Assembly (NCBI GenBank): GCA_027923505.1
Contig: BROI01000012.1
Span: 806,001 to 870,000 of the forward strand
DNA from: Mayamaea pseudoterrestris
Taxonomy: Eukaryota
Reading direction: 5' to 3'
DNA length: 64,000 nt
Below, piece by piece: positions 42,572-57,500 of this stretch. Below the pieces are notes generated by a model. That model did not search any database. It was not told where the DNA came from and saw nothing but the letters and a program-made list of their open reading frames with translations. Position 1 is the first letter of the stretch, and every line of letters starts with the position of its first letter. The translations under genes and the position numbers were made by a program.

Positions 42572-45500
42572 AACATCAATATTCAGGCTGCGCTACAAGA
42601 TGGTATGCCTGGGGGATGTCTCAGTAGACTGCAATGTATTTGGTGACAACTTGTCACCAGTCTCAGCCCGCAGATGCTGTGACATTCAAGCACACCTACA
42701 GCAGGCCCTGTAGGTGCCCAAATTACACCAGAATGGTGCCAACATCATTATTCCAGCTGCGTTACAAGATGGTATGCCTGGCTAGTGTCTCAGGGGGCGG
42801 CAATGATATTGGTGACAACCTGTCACCAGTCTCAGCCTGCAGATGCCGTGACATTCAAACGCCCCTACAGCAGGCCATGTATACACCCAAATGACACCAG
42901 AATGGTGCCAACATCATTAATCAGGCTGCGCTACAAGATGGTATGCCTGGCTAGTGTCTCTTGGGGTGGCAATGATATTGGTGACAACTTTTCACCAGTC
43001 TCAGCCTGCCAATGCCGTGACATTCAAACGCCCCTTCAGCAGGCCATGTATACACCCAAATGACACCAGAATGGTGCCAACATCATTAATCAGGCTGCGC
43101 TACAAGCTGGTATGCCTGGATAGTGTCTCAGGGGACGGCAATGTGATTGGTGACAACTTGTCACCAGTCTCAGCCTGCAGATGCCGTGAGATTTAAACGC
43201 CCCTATAGCAGGCTATGTATACACCCAAACAAAACTAGAATGGTGCCAACATCATTATTCAGGCTGCGCTACAAGATGGTATGCCTGGCTAGTGTCTCAG
43301 GGGTTGGCAATGTATCTGGTGACAACTTGTCACCAGTCTAGCCCGCGGATGCCATGATTATCAAACGCCCGTACAGCAGGCTATGTATACACCCAAATGA
43401 CACCAGAATGGTGCCAACATCATTATTCAGGCTGCGCTAAAAGATGGTATGCCTGGCTAGTGTCTCAGGGGACGGCAATGTATTTGGTGACAACTTGTCA
43501 CCAGTCTCAGCCTGCAGATGCCGTGACATCCAAACACACCTACAGCAGGCCCTGTAGGTGCCCAAAATACACCAGTATGGTTCCAACATCGGTTTTGAGG
43601 CTGCGCTTCAAGATGGTAAGCTTGGCTGGTGTCTCAGGGGTTGGCAATGTATTTGGTGACAACTTGTCACCAGTCTCAGCCCGCAGATGCCGTGACATTC
43701 GAACAGCCATACAGCAGGCCCTGTAAGTGTCCAAATTACACCAGAATGGTGCCAACATCCTTTTTCTGGCTGCGCTACAAGATGGTAGCTTGGCTGGTGT
43801 CTCATGGGATGGCAATGATATTGGTGACAACTTGTCACCAATCTCAGCCCGCAGATGCCGTGACATTCAAACCCCCCAACAGCAAGCCCTGTAGGTGCCC
43901 AAAATACACCAGAATGGTGCCAACATCATTATTCAGGCTGCGCTACAATATGGTAGGCTTGGCTGGTGTCTCAGGGGTTGGCAATGTATTTGGTGACAAC
44001 TTGTCACCAGTCTCAGCCTGCAGATGCCGTGACATTCAAACGCCCCTACAGCAGGCCATGTATACACCCAAATGACACCAGAATGGTGCCAACATCATTA
44101 ATCAGGCTGCGCTACAAGATGGTATCCCTGGCTAGTGTCTCTTGGGGTGGCAATGATATTGGTGACAACTTTTCACCAGTCTCAGCCTGCCAATGCCGTG
44201 ACATTCAAACGCCCCTTCAGCAGGCCATGTATACACCCAAATGACACCAGAATGGTGCCAACATCATTAATCAGGCTGCGCTACAAGCTGGTATGCCTGG
44301 ATAGTGTCTCAGGGGACGGCAATGTGATTGGTGACAACTTGTCACCAGTCTCAGCCTGCAGATGCCGTGAGATTTAAACGCCCCTATAGCAGGCTATGTA
44401 TACACCCAAACGACACTAGAATGGTGCCAACATCATTATTCAGGCTGCGCTACAAGATGGTATGTTTGGCTAGTGTCTCAGGGGTTGGCAATGTATCTGG
44501 TGACAACTTGTCACCAGTCTAGCCCGCGGATGCCATGATTATCAAACGCCCGTACAGCAGGCTATGTATACACCCAAATGACACCAGAATGGTGCCAACA
44601 TCATTATTCAGGCTGCGCTAAAAGATGGTATGCCTGGCTAGTGTCTCAGGGGACGGCAATGTATTTGGTGACAACTTATCACCAGTCTCAGCCTGCAGAT
44701 GCCGTGACATCCAAACACACCTACAGCAGGCCCTGTAGGTGCCCAAAATACACCAGTATGGTTCCAACATCGGTTTTGAGGCTGCGCTTCAAGATGGTAA
44801 GCTTGGCTGGTGTCTCAGGGGTTGGCAATGTATTTGGTGACAACTTGTCACCAGTCTCAGCCCGCAGATGCCGTGACATTCGAACAGCCATACAGCAGGC
44901 CCTGTAAGTGTCCAAATTACACCAGAATGGTGCCAACATCCTTTTTCTGGCTGCGCTACAAGATGGTAGCTTGGCTGGTGTCTCATGGGATGGCAATGAT
45001 ATTGGTGACAACTTGTCACCAATCTCAGCCCGCAGATGCCGTGACATTCAAACCCCCCAACAGCAAGCCCTGTAGGTGCCCAAAATACACCAGAATGGTG
45101 CCAACATCATTATTCAGGCTGCGCTACAATATGGTAGGCTTGGCTGGTGTCTCAGGGGTTGGCAATGTATTTGGTGACAACTTGTCACCAGTCTCAGCCC
45201 GCAGATGCTGTGACATTCAAACGGCCCTACAGCAAGCCCTGTTGGTGCCCAAAATGCACCAGAATGGTGCCAACATTATTATTCAGGCTGAGCTACAAGA
45301 AGGTTGGCTTGGCTGGTGTCTCAGGGGATGGCAATGTAATTGGTGACAACTTGTCACCAGTCTCAGCCTGCAGATGCCGTGACATTCAAACGGCCATACA
45401 GCAAGCCCTGTAGGTGCCCAAAATACACCAGAATGGTGCCAACATCATTATTCAGGCTGCGCTACAAGATGGTAGGCTTGGCTGGTGTCTCAGGGGATGG

Positions 45501-48500
45501 CAATGTATGTGGTGACAACTTGTCACCAGTCTCAGCCCGCAGGTACCATGACATTCAAACGCAACCTACAGCAGGCCCTGTAAGTGCCCAAATTACACCA
45601 GAAAAGGTGGGAACATCCTTTTTCTGGCTGCGCTACAAGATGGTAGGCTTGGCTGGTGTCTCAGGGGATGGCAATATTTTTGGTGACAACTTGTCACCAG
45701 TCTCAGCCTGCAGATGCCATGACATTCAGTTGCCCCTACAGCAAGCCCTGTAGGTGCCCAAAATACACCAGCATGGTTCCAACATCGTTTTTGAGGCTGC
45801 GCTACAAGATGGTAAGCTTGGCTGGTGTCTCCTGGGTTGGCAATGTATTTGGTAACAACTTGTCACCAGTCTCACCTGCGAATGCCGTGACATTCAAACG
45901 CCCCTACAGCAAGCCCTGTATTTGCCCAAAATACACCAGAAATGTGCCAACATCGTTTTTCTGGCTGCGCTACACGATGGTAAGCTTGGCTGTGTCTCAG
46001 GGGATGGTAATGTATTTGGTGACAACCGCAGATGCCGTGACATTCAAACGGCCATACAGCAAGCCCTGTAGGTGCCCAAAATACACCAGAATGGTGCCAA
46101 CATCATTATTCAGGCTGCGCTACAAGATGGCAAGTAGGCTTGGCTGGTGTCTCAGGGGATGGCAATGTATTTGGTGACAACTTGTCACCAGTCTCAGCCC
46201 GCAGATACCATGACATTCAAACGCCCCTACAGCAAGCCCTGTAGGTGCCCAAATTAGACCAGAATGGTGACAACATCATTATTCTGGCTGCGCTACAAGA
46301 TGGTAGGCTTGGCTGGTGTCTCAGGGGATGGCAATGTATCTGGTGACAACTTGTCACCAATCTCAGCCCGCAGATGCGTGACATTTAAACCCCCCAACAG
46401 CAAGCCCTGTAGGTGCCCAAAATACACCAGAATGGTGCCAACATGATTTTGCAGGCTGAGCTACAAGATGGTAAGCTTGGCTGGTGTCTCAAGGGTTGGC
46501 AATGTATTTGGTGACAACTTGTCACCAATCTCAGTCCGCAGATGCGTAACATTCAAACCCCCCAACAGCAAGCCCTGTAGGTGCCCAAAATTAGATGGAA
46601 GAGAATTTCACACTGCAGTTCTACACTTTAAATGACTTTGGATCTTTAATAAGTCACAAAGCTATACATTAGTGATTGGTGCATCGTAAATTAAAAATAA
46701 TGTTATGGGGACTCGAACCCAAATTTGCCGAAGCTGTCCCCATTACGAAGAAGCAAAAGTAGTCAACAGTAGCAGATGTTATGCTGTTAACATCAATATT
46801 CAGGCTGCGCTACAAGATGGTATGCCTGGGGGATGTCTCAGTAGACTGCAATGTATTTGGTGACAACTTGTCACCAGTCTCAGCCCGCAAATGCTGTGAC
46901 ATTCAAGCACACCTACAGCAGGCCCTGTAGGTGCCCAAATTACACCAGAATGGTGCCAACATCATTATTCCAGCTGCGTTACAAGATGGTACGCCTGGCT
47001 AGTGTCTCAGGGGGCGGCAATGATATTGGTGACAACTTGTCACCAGTCTCAGCCTGCAGATGCCGTGACATTCAAACGCCCCTACAGCAGACCATGTATA
47101 CACCCAAATGACACCAGAATGGTGCCAACATCATTAATCAGGCTGCGCTACAAGATGGTATGCCTGGCTAGTGTCTCATGGGGCGGCAATGATATTGGTG
47201 ACAACTTTTCACCAGTCTCAGCCTGCAGATGCCGTGACATTCAAACGCCCCTTCAGCAGGCTATGTATACACGCAAATGACAGTAAAATGGTGCCAACAT
47301 CATTAATCAGGCTGCGCTACAAGATTGTATGCCTGGCTAGTGACTCAGGGGATGGCAATGATATTGGTGACAACTTGTCACCAGTCTCAGCCCGCGGATG
47401 CCGTGACATTCAAACACCCATACAGCAGGCAATGACTATACCCAAATGGCACCAGAATGGTGCCAACATCATTCTTCAGGCTGCGCTACAAGCTGGTATG
47501 CCTGGCTAGTGTCTCAGGGGATGGCAATGATATTGGTGAAAACTTGTCACCAGTCTCAGCCCGCGGATGCCATGATTATCAAACGCCCCTACAGCAGGCT
47601 ATGTATACACCCAAATGACACCAGAATGGTGCCAACATCATTATTCATGCTGCGCTAAAAGATGGTATGCCTGGCTAGTGTCTCAGGGGACGGCAATGTA
47701 TTTGGTGACAACTTGTCACCAGTCTCAGCCTGCAGATGCAGTAACATTCAATTGCCCATATAACACGCCATGTCTACACATAAATCACACCAGAATGGTG
47801 TCAATATCCTTTTTCAGGCTGCGCTACAAGATGGTAGGCTTGGCTGGTGTCTCAGGGGATGGCAATGTATTTGGTGACAACTTGTCACCAGTCTCAGCCC
47901 GCAGATGCTGTGACATTCAAACGGCCCTACAGCAACCCCTGTAGGTGCCCAAAATACACCAGAATGGTGGGAACATCATTATTCAGGCTGCGCTACAAGA
48001 TGGTAAGCTTGGCTGGTGTCTCAGGGGATGGCAATGTATTTGGTGACAACTTGTCACCAGTCTCAGACCGCAGATGCCGTGACATTCAAACACACCTACA
48101 GCAGGCCCTGTAGGTGCCCAAAATACACCAGTATGGTTCCAACATCGGTTTTGAGGCTGCGCTTCAAGATGGTAAGCTTGGCTGGTGTCTCAGGGGTTGG
48201 CAATGTATTTGGTGACAACTTGTCACCAGTCTCAGACCGCAGATGCTGTGACATCCAAACACACCTACAGCAGGCCCTGTAGGTGCTCAAAATACACCAG
48301 TATGGTCCCAACATCGGTTTTGAGGCTGCGCTTCAAGATGGTAAGCTTGGCTGGTGTCTCAGGGGTTGGCAATGTATTTGGTGACAACTTGTCACCAGTC
48401 TCAGCCCACAGATGCCGTGACATTCGAACGGGCATACAGCAGGCCCTGTAAGTGTCCAAATTACACCAGAATGGTGCCAACATCCTTTTTCTGGCTGCGC

Positions 48501-51500
48501 TACAAGATGGGAGCTTGGCTGGTGTCTCAGGGGATGGCAATATATTTGGTGACAACTTGTCACCAATCTCAGCCCGCAGATGCCGTGACATTCAATTGCC
48601 CCTACAGCAAGCCCTGTAGGTGCCCAAAATACACCAGAATGGTGCCAACATCCTTTTTCAGGCTGCGCTACAATATGGTAGGCTGGGCTGGTGTCTCAGG
48701 GGTTGGCAATGTATTTGGTGACAACTTGTCACCAGTCTCAGCCCGCTGATGCTGTGACATTCAAACGGCCCTACAGCAAGCCCTGTAGGTGCCCAAAATG
48801 CACCAGAATGGTGCCAACGTCATTATTCAGGCTGAGCTACAAGATGGTTGGCGTGGCTGGTGTCTCAGGGGATAACAATGTAATTGGTGACAACTTGTCA
48901 CCAGTCTCAGCCTGCAGATGCCGTGACATTCAAACGGCCATACAGCAAGCCCTGTAGGTGCCCAAAATACACCAGAATGGTGCCAACATCATTATTATTC
49001 AGGCTGCGCTACAAGATGGTAGGCTTGGCTGGTGTCTCAGGGGATGGCAATGTATTTGGTGACAACTTGTCACCAGTCTCAGCCTGCAGATGCCGTGACA
49101 TTCAAACGGCCATACAGCAAGCCCTGTAGGTGCCCAAAATACACCAGAATGGTGCCAACATCATTATTCAGGCTGCGCTACAAGGTGGTAAGCTTTTCTG
49201 GTGTCTCAGGGGATGGCAATGTTTTTGGTGACAACTTGTCACCAGTCTCAGCCTGCAGATGCCATGACATTCAGACACACCAACAGCAAGCCCTGTAGGT
49301 GACCAAAATACACCAGAAAAGGTGCCAACATCATTATTCAGGCTGCGCTACAAGATGGTAGGCTTGGCTGGTGTCTCAGGGGATGGCAATGTATTTGGTG
49401 ACAACTTGTCACCAGTCTCAGCCCGCAGATGCCGTGACATTCAATTGCCCCTACAGCAAGCCCTGTAGGTGCCCAAAATACACCAGCATGGTTCCAACAT
49501 CGCTTTTGAGGCTGCGCTACAAGATGGTAAGCTTGGCTGGTGTCTCAGGGGATGGCAATGTATTTGGTGACAACTTGTCACCAATCTCAGTCCGCAGATG
49601 CCATAACATTCAAACTCCCCTACAGCAAGCCCTGTATGTGCCCAAAATACACCAGAATGGTGCCAACATCATTATTTAGGCTGCGCTACAAGGTGGTAAG
49701 CTTTTCTGGTGTCTCAGGGGTTGGCAATGTATTTGGTGACAACTTGTCACCAGTCTCAGACCACAGATGCCATGACATTCAAAGGGCCCTACAGCAAGCC
49801 CTGTAGGTGCCCAAAATACACCAGAATGGTGCCAACATCAATATTCAGGCTGCGCTACAAGATGGTAGGCTTGGCTGGTGTCTCAGGGGATGGCAATGTA
49901 TTTGGTGACAACTTGTCACCAGTCTCAGCCCTCAGATACCGTGACATTCAAACAGCCATACAGCAAGCCCTGTAGGTGCCCAAAATACACCAGAATGGTG
50001 CCAACATCATTATTCAGGCTGCGCTACAAGATGGTAGGCTTGGCTGGTGTCTCAGTGGATGGCAATGTATTTGGTGACAACTTGTCACCAGTCTCAGCCC
50101 GCAGATGCCATGACATTCAGACACACCTACAGCAAGCCCTGTAGGTGCCCAAAATACACCAGAATGGTGCCAACATCATTATTCAGGCTGCGCTACAAGA
50201 TGGTAGGCTTGGCTGGTGTCTCAGGGGATGGCAATGTATTTGGTGACAACTTGTCACCAATCTCAGCCCGCAGATGCATGACATTTAAACCCCCCAACAG
50301 CAAGCCCTGTAGGTGCCCAAAATACACCAGCATGGTTCCAACATCGTTTTTGAGGCTGCGCTACAAGATGGTAAGCTTGGCTGGTGTCTCAGGGGATGGC
50401 AATGTATTTGGTGACAACTTGTCACCAGTCTCAGCCCGCAGATGCCATGACATTCAAACCCCCTACAGCAAGCCCTGTAGGTGCCCAAAATACACCAGAA
50501 ATGTGCCAACATCTTTATTCAGGCTGCGCTACAAGATGGTAGGCTTGGCTGGTGTCTCAGGGGGTGGCAATGTATTTGGTGACAACTTGTCACCAGTCTC
50601 AGCCCGCAGATGCCGTGACATTCAAACACACCTACAGCAGGCCCTGTAGGTGCCCAAAATACACCAGAATGGTTCCAACATCGTTTGTAAAGCTGCGCTA
50701 CAAGATGGTAGGCTTGGCTGGTGTCTCAGGGGATGGCAATGTATTTGGTGACAACTTGTCACCAGTCTCAGCCCGCAGATACCGTGACATTCAAACGGCC
50801 ATACAGCAAGCCCTGTAGGTGCCCAAAATACACCAGAATGGTTCCAACATCGTTTGTAAAGCTGCGCTACAAGATGGTGAGCTTGGCTGGTGTCTCAGGG
50901 GTTGGCAATGTATTTGGTGACAACTTGTCACCAGTCTCAGCCCGCAGATGCCATGACATTCAAACGGCCATACAGCAAGCCCTGTAGGTGCCCAAAATAC
51001 ACCAGAATGGTGCCAACATCATTATTCAGGCTGCGCTACAAGATGGAAGGCTTGGCTGGTGTCTCAGGGGATGGCAATGTATTTGGTGACAACTTGTCAC
51101 CAGTCTCAGCCCGCAGATGCCGTGACATTCAAACGGCCATACAGCAAGCCTGTAGGCGCCCAAAATACACCAGAAATGTGCCAACATCTTTATTCAGGCT
51201 GCGCTACAAGATGGTAGGCTTGGCTGGTGTCTCAGGGGATGGCAATGTATTTGGTGACAACTTGTCACCAGTCTCAGCCCGCAGATGCCGTGACATTCAA
51301 ACACACCTACAGCAGGCCCTGTAGGTGCCCAAAATACACCAGAATGGTTCCAACATCGTTTGGGAGGCTGCGCTACAAGATGGTAGGCTTGGCTGGTGTC
51401 TCAGGGGTTGGCAATGTATTTGGTGACAATTTGTCACCAGTCTCAGCCCGCAGATGCCGTGACATTCAAACGGCCATACAGCAAGCCCTGTAGGTGCCCA

Positions 51501-54500
51501 AAATACACCAGAATGGTGCCAACATCATTATTGAGGCTGCGCTACAAGATGGTAGTCTTGGCTGGTGTCTCAGGGGATGGCAATGTATTTGGTGACAACT
51601 TGTCACCAGTCTCAGCCCGCAGATGCCATGACATTCAAATGGCCATACAGCAAGCCCTGTAGGTGTCCAAAATACACCAGAATGGTAACAACATCATTAT
51701 TTAGGCTGCGCTACAAGATGGAAAGCTTGGCTGGTGTCTCAGTGGATGACATTGTATTTGGTGACAACTTGTCACCAGTCTCAGCCCGCAGATGCCGTGA
51801 CATTCAAACACCCCTACAGCAGGCCCAGTAGGTGCCCAAAATACACCAGAATGGTGCCAACATCATTGTTAAGGCTGCGCTGCAAGATGGTAGGCTTGGC
51901 TGGCTGGTGTCTCAGAAAATGGCAATGTATTTGGTGACAACTTGTCACCAGTCTCAGCCTGCAGATGCCCTGGCATTCAAACACACATACAGCAGGCCCT
52001 GTAGGTGCCCAAAATACACCAGAATGGTTCCAACATCGTTTGGGAGGCTGCGCTACAAGATGGTAAGCTTGGCTGGTGTCTCAGGGGTTGGCAATGTATT
52101 TGGTGACAATTTGTCACCAGTCTCAGCCCGCAGATGCCGTGACATTCAAACGGCCATACAGCAAACCCTGTAGGTGTCCAAAATACACCAGAATGGTAAC
52201 AACATCATTATTTAGGCTGCGCTACAAGATGGAAAGCTTGGCTGGTGTCTCAGTGGATGACATTGTATTTGGTGACAACTTGTCACCAGTCTCAGCCCGC
52301 AGATGCCGTGACATTCAAACGCCCCTACAGCAAGCCCTGTAGGTGCCCAAATTACACCAGAATGGTGCCAACATCCTTTTTCTGGCTGCGCTACAAGATG
52401 GTAGGCTTGGCTGGTGTCTCAGGGGATGGCAATGTATTTGGTGACAACTTGTCACCAGTCTCAGCCCACAGATGCCATGACATTCAAATGGCCATACAGC
52501 AAGCCCTGTAGGTGTCCAAAATACACCAGAATGGTGACAACATCATTATTCAGGCTGCGCTACAAGATGGAAAGCTTGGCTGGTGTCTCAGTGGATGACA
52601 ATGTATTTGGTGACAAGTTGTCACCAGTCTCAGCCCGCAGATGCCATGACATTCAAACGCCCCTACAGCAAGCCCTGTAGGTGCCCAAATTACACCAGAA
52701 TGGTGCCAACATCATTATTCAGGCTGCGCTACAAGATGGTAGGCTTGGCTGGTGTCTCAGGGGATGGCAATGTATTTGGTGACAACTTGTCACCAGTCTC
52801 AGCCCGCAGATGCCATGACATTCAAACGGCCATACAGCAAGCCCTGTAGGTGCCCAAAATACACCAGAATGGTGCCAACATCATTATTCAGGCTGCGCTA
52901 CAAGATGGAAAGCTTGGCTGGTGTCTCAGGGGATGGCAATGTATTTGGTGACAACTTGTCACCAGTCTCAGCCCGCAGATGCCGTGACATTCAAACGCCC
53001 CTACAGCAAGCCCTGTAGGTGCCCAAATTACACCAGAATGGTGCCAACATCCTTATTCAGGCTGCGCTACAAGATGGTAGGCTTGGCTGGTGTCTCAGGG
53101 GATGGCAATGTATTTGGTGACAACTTGTCACCAATCTCAGCCCACAGATGCCATGACATTCAAACCCCCCTACAGCAAGCCCTGTAGATGCCCAAAATAC
53201 ACCAGAATGTTGCCAACATCATTATTCAGGCTAAGCTACAAGATGGTAAGCTTGGCTGGTGTCTCAGGGGTTGGCAATGTATTTGGCGACCTTTTGTCAC
53301 CAGTCTCAGCCCGCAGATGCCGTGTCATTCAAACGGCCATACAGCAAGCCCTGTAGGTGCCCAAAATACACCAGAATGGTTCCAACATCGTTTTTGAGGC
53401 TGCGCTACAAGATGGTAAGCTTGGCTGGTGTCTCAGGGGTTGGCAATGTATTTGGTGACAACTTGTCACCAGTCTCAGCCCGCAGATGCCGTGACATTCA
53501 AATGGCCATACAGCAAGCCCTGTAGGTGCCCCAAATACACCAGAATGGTGTCAACATCTTTATTCAGGCTGCGCTACAAGATGGTAGGCTTGGCTGGTGT
53601 CTCAGGGGATGGCAATGTATTTGGTGACAACTTGTCACCAGTATCAGCCCGCAGATGCCATGACATTCAAATGGCCATACAGCAAGCCCTGTATGTGTCC
53701 AAAATACACCAGAATGGTGACAACATCATTATTCAGGCTGCGCTACAAGATGGAAAGCTTGGCTGGTGTCTCAGGGGATGGCAATGTATTTGGTGACAAC
53801 TTGTCACCAGTCTCAGCCTGCAGATGCCGTGACATTCAAACGCCCCTACAGCAAGCCCTGTAGGTGCCCAAATTACACCAGAATGGTGCCAACATCATTA
53901 TTCAGGCTGCGCTACAAGATGGTATGCCTGGCTGGTGTCTCAGGGGATGGCAATGTATTTGGTGACAACTTGTCACCAGTCTCAGCCCACAGATGCCATG
54001 ACATTCAAACGGCCATACAGCAAGCCCTGTAGGTGCCCAAAATACACCAGAATGGTGCCAACATCATTATTCAGGCTGCGCTACAAGATGGTAAGCTTGG
54101 CTGGTGTCTCAGGGGTTGGCAATGTATTTGGTGACAACTTGTCACCAGTCTCAGCCCGCAGATGCCGTGACATTCGAACGGCCATACAGCAGGCCCTGTA
54201 AGTGTCCAAATTACACCAGAATGGTGCCAACATCCTTTTTCTGGCTGCGCTACAAGATGGTAGCTTGGCTGGTGTCTCAGGGGACAGCAATGATATTGGT
54301 GACAACTTGTCACCAGTCTCAGCCTGCAGATGCCGTGACATTCAGATGCCCCTACAGCAGGCCATGTATACACCCAAATGACACCAGAATGGTGCCAACA
54401 TCATTATTCAGGCTGCGCTACAAGATGGTATGCCTGGCTAGTGTCTCAGGGGACGGCAATGATTTTGGTGACAACTTGTCACCAGTCTCAGCCTGCCAAT

Positions 54501-57500
54501 GCCGTGACATTCAAACGCCCCTTCAGCAGGCCATGTATACACCCAAATGACACCAGAATGGTGCCAACATCATTATTCAGGCTGCAATACAAGATGGTAT
54601 CCTGGATAGTTTCTCAGGGGACGGCAATGATATTGGTGACAACTTGTCACCGGTCTCAGCCTGCAGATGCCGTGACATTCAAACGCCGCTACAGCAGGCC
54701 ATGTATACAACCAAATAACACCAGAATGGTGCCAACATCATTATTCAGGCTGCGCTACAAGATGGTATGCCTGGCTAGTGTCTCAGGGGATGGCAATGAT
54801 ATTGGTGACAACTTGTCACCAGTCTCAGCCTGCAGATGCCGTGACATTCAAACGCCCCTACAGCAGGCCATGTATACACCCAAATTACACCAGAATGGTG
54901 CCAACATCATTATTCAGGCTGCGCTACAAGATGGTATGCCTGGCTAGTGTCTCAGGGGACGGCAATGATATTGGTGACAACTTGTCACCAGTCTCAGCCT
55001 GCAGATGCCGTGACATTCAAACGCCCCTACAGCAGGCCATGTATACACCCAAATGACACCAGAATGGTGCCAACATCATTATTCAGGCTGCGCTACAAGA
55101 TGGTATGCCTGGCTAGTGTCTCAGGGACGGCAATGATATTGGTGACAACTTGTCACCAGTCTCAGCCTGCAGATGCCGTGACATTCAAACGCCCCTACAG
55201 CAGGCCATGTATACACCCAAATGACACCAGAATGGTGCCAACATCATTATTCAGGCTGCGCTACAAGATGGTATGCCTGGCTAGTGTCTCAGGGGACGGC
55301 AATGATATTGGTGACAACTTGTCACCAGTCTCAGCCTGCAGATGCCGTGACATTCAAACACCCCTACAGCTGGCCATGTATACACCCAAATGACACCAGA
55401 TTGGTGCCAACATTGGTTTTCAGGCTGCGCTACAAGATGGTAAGCTTGGCTGGTGTCTCAGGGGATGGCAATGTATTTGGTGACAACTTGTCACCAATCT
55501 CAGCCTGCAGATGCCGTGACATTCAAACGCCCCTACAGCAAGCCCTGTAGGTGCCCAAAATACACCAGAATGGTGCCAACATCATTATTCAGGCTGCGCT
55601 ACAAGATGGTAGGCTGGGCTGGTGTCTCAGGGGTTGGCACTGTATTTGGTGACAACTTGTCACCAGTCTTAGCCCGCAGATGCCGTGACATTCCAACCCC
55701 CCTACAGCAAGCCCAGTAGGTGCCCAAATTACACCAGAATGTTGCCAACAACATTGTTGAGGCTGCGCTACAAGATGGTAGGCTTGGCTGGTGTCTCAGA
55801 AAATGGCAATGTATTTGGTAACAACTTGTCACCAGTCTCAGCCCACAGATGCTGTGACATTTAAACACACCTACAGCAAGACCTGTAGGTGCCCAAAATA
55901 CACCAGAATGTTGCCAACATCGTTTTTGAGGCTGCGCTACAAGATGGTAAGCTTGGCTGGTGTCTCAGGGGATGGCAATGTATTTGGTGACAACTTGTCA
56001 CCAGTCTCAGCCCGCAGATGCCATGACATTCAAACCCCTTACAGCAAGCCCTGAAGGTGCCCAAAATACACCAGAAATGTGCCAACATCTTTATTCAGGC
56101 TGCGCTACAAGATGGTAGGCTTGGCTGGTGTCTCAGGGGGTGGCAATGTATTTGGTGACAACTTGTCACCAGTCTCAGCCCGCAGATGCCGTGACATTCA
56201 AACACACCTACAGCAGGCCCTGTAGGTGCCCAAAATACACCAGAATGTTGCCAACAACATTGTTGAGGCTGCGCTACAAGATGGTAGGCTTGGCTGGTGT
56301 CTCAGGGGATGGCAATGTATTTGGTGACAACTTGTCACCAGTCTCAGCCCGCAGATGCCATGACATTCAAACACAAAAACAACAGGCCCTGTAGGTGCCC
56401 AAATTACACCGGAATGGTGCTAACATCCTTATTCAGGCTGCGCTACAAGATGGAAGGCTTGGCTGGCATCTCAGGAGATGGCAATAAATTTGGTGACATC
56501 TTGTCACCAGTCTCAGCCCGCAGATGCCGTGACATTCAAACGCCCCTACAGCAGACCATGTATACACCCAAATTACACCAAAATGGTGCCAACATCATCA
56601 TTCAGGCTGCACTACAAGATGGAACGCCTGGCTAGTGTCTCAGGGGACGGCAATGATATTGGTGACAACTTGTCACCAGTCTCAGCCCGCGGATGCCGTG
56701 ACATTCCAACGCCCCTACAGCAAGCCCTGTAGGTGCCCAAATTACCAGAATGGTGCCAACATCATTATTCAGGCTGCGCTACAAGATGGTATTCCTGGCT
56801 AGTGTCTCAGGGGACGGCAAAGATATTGGCGACAACTTGTCATTAGTCTCAGCCTGCAGATGCCGTGACATTCAAACGCCTTTATAGCAGGCCATGTATA
56901 CAACCAAATAACACCAGAATGGTGCCAACATTATTGTTCAGGCTGCGCTACAAGGTGGTATGCCTGGCTAGTGTCTCAGGGGATGGCAATGATATTGGTG
57001 ACAACTTGTCACCAGTCTCAGCCCTCAGATACCATGACATTCAAACAGCCATACAGCAAGCCCTGTAGGTGCCCAAAATACACCAGAATGGTGCCAACAT
57101 CATTATTCAGGCTGCGCTACAAGATGGTAGGCTTGGCTGGTGTCTCAGGGGATGGCAATGTATTTGGTGACAACTTGTCACCAATCTCAGCGCGCAGATG
57201 CGTGACATTTAAACCCCCCAACAGCAAGCCCTGTAGGTGCCCAAAATACACCAGCATGGTTCCAACATCGTTTTTGAGGCTGCGCTACAAGATGGTAAGC
57301 TTGGCTGGTGTCTCAGGGGATGGCAATGTATTTGGTGACAACTTGTCACCAGTCTCAGCCCGCAGATGCCATGACATTCAAACCCCCTACAGCAAGCCCT
57401 GTAGGTGCCCAAAATACACCAGAAATGTGCCAACATCTTTATTCAGGCTGCGCTACAAGATGGTAGGCTTGGCTGGTGTCTCAGGGGGTGGCAATGTATT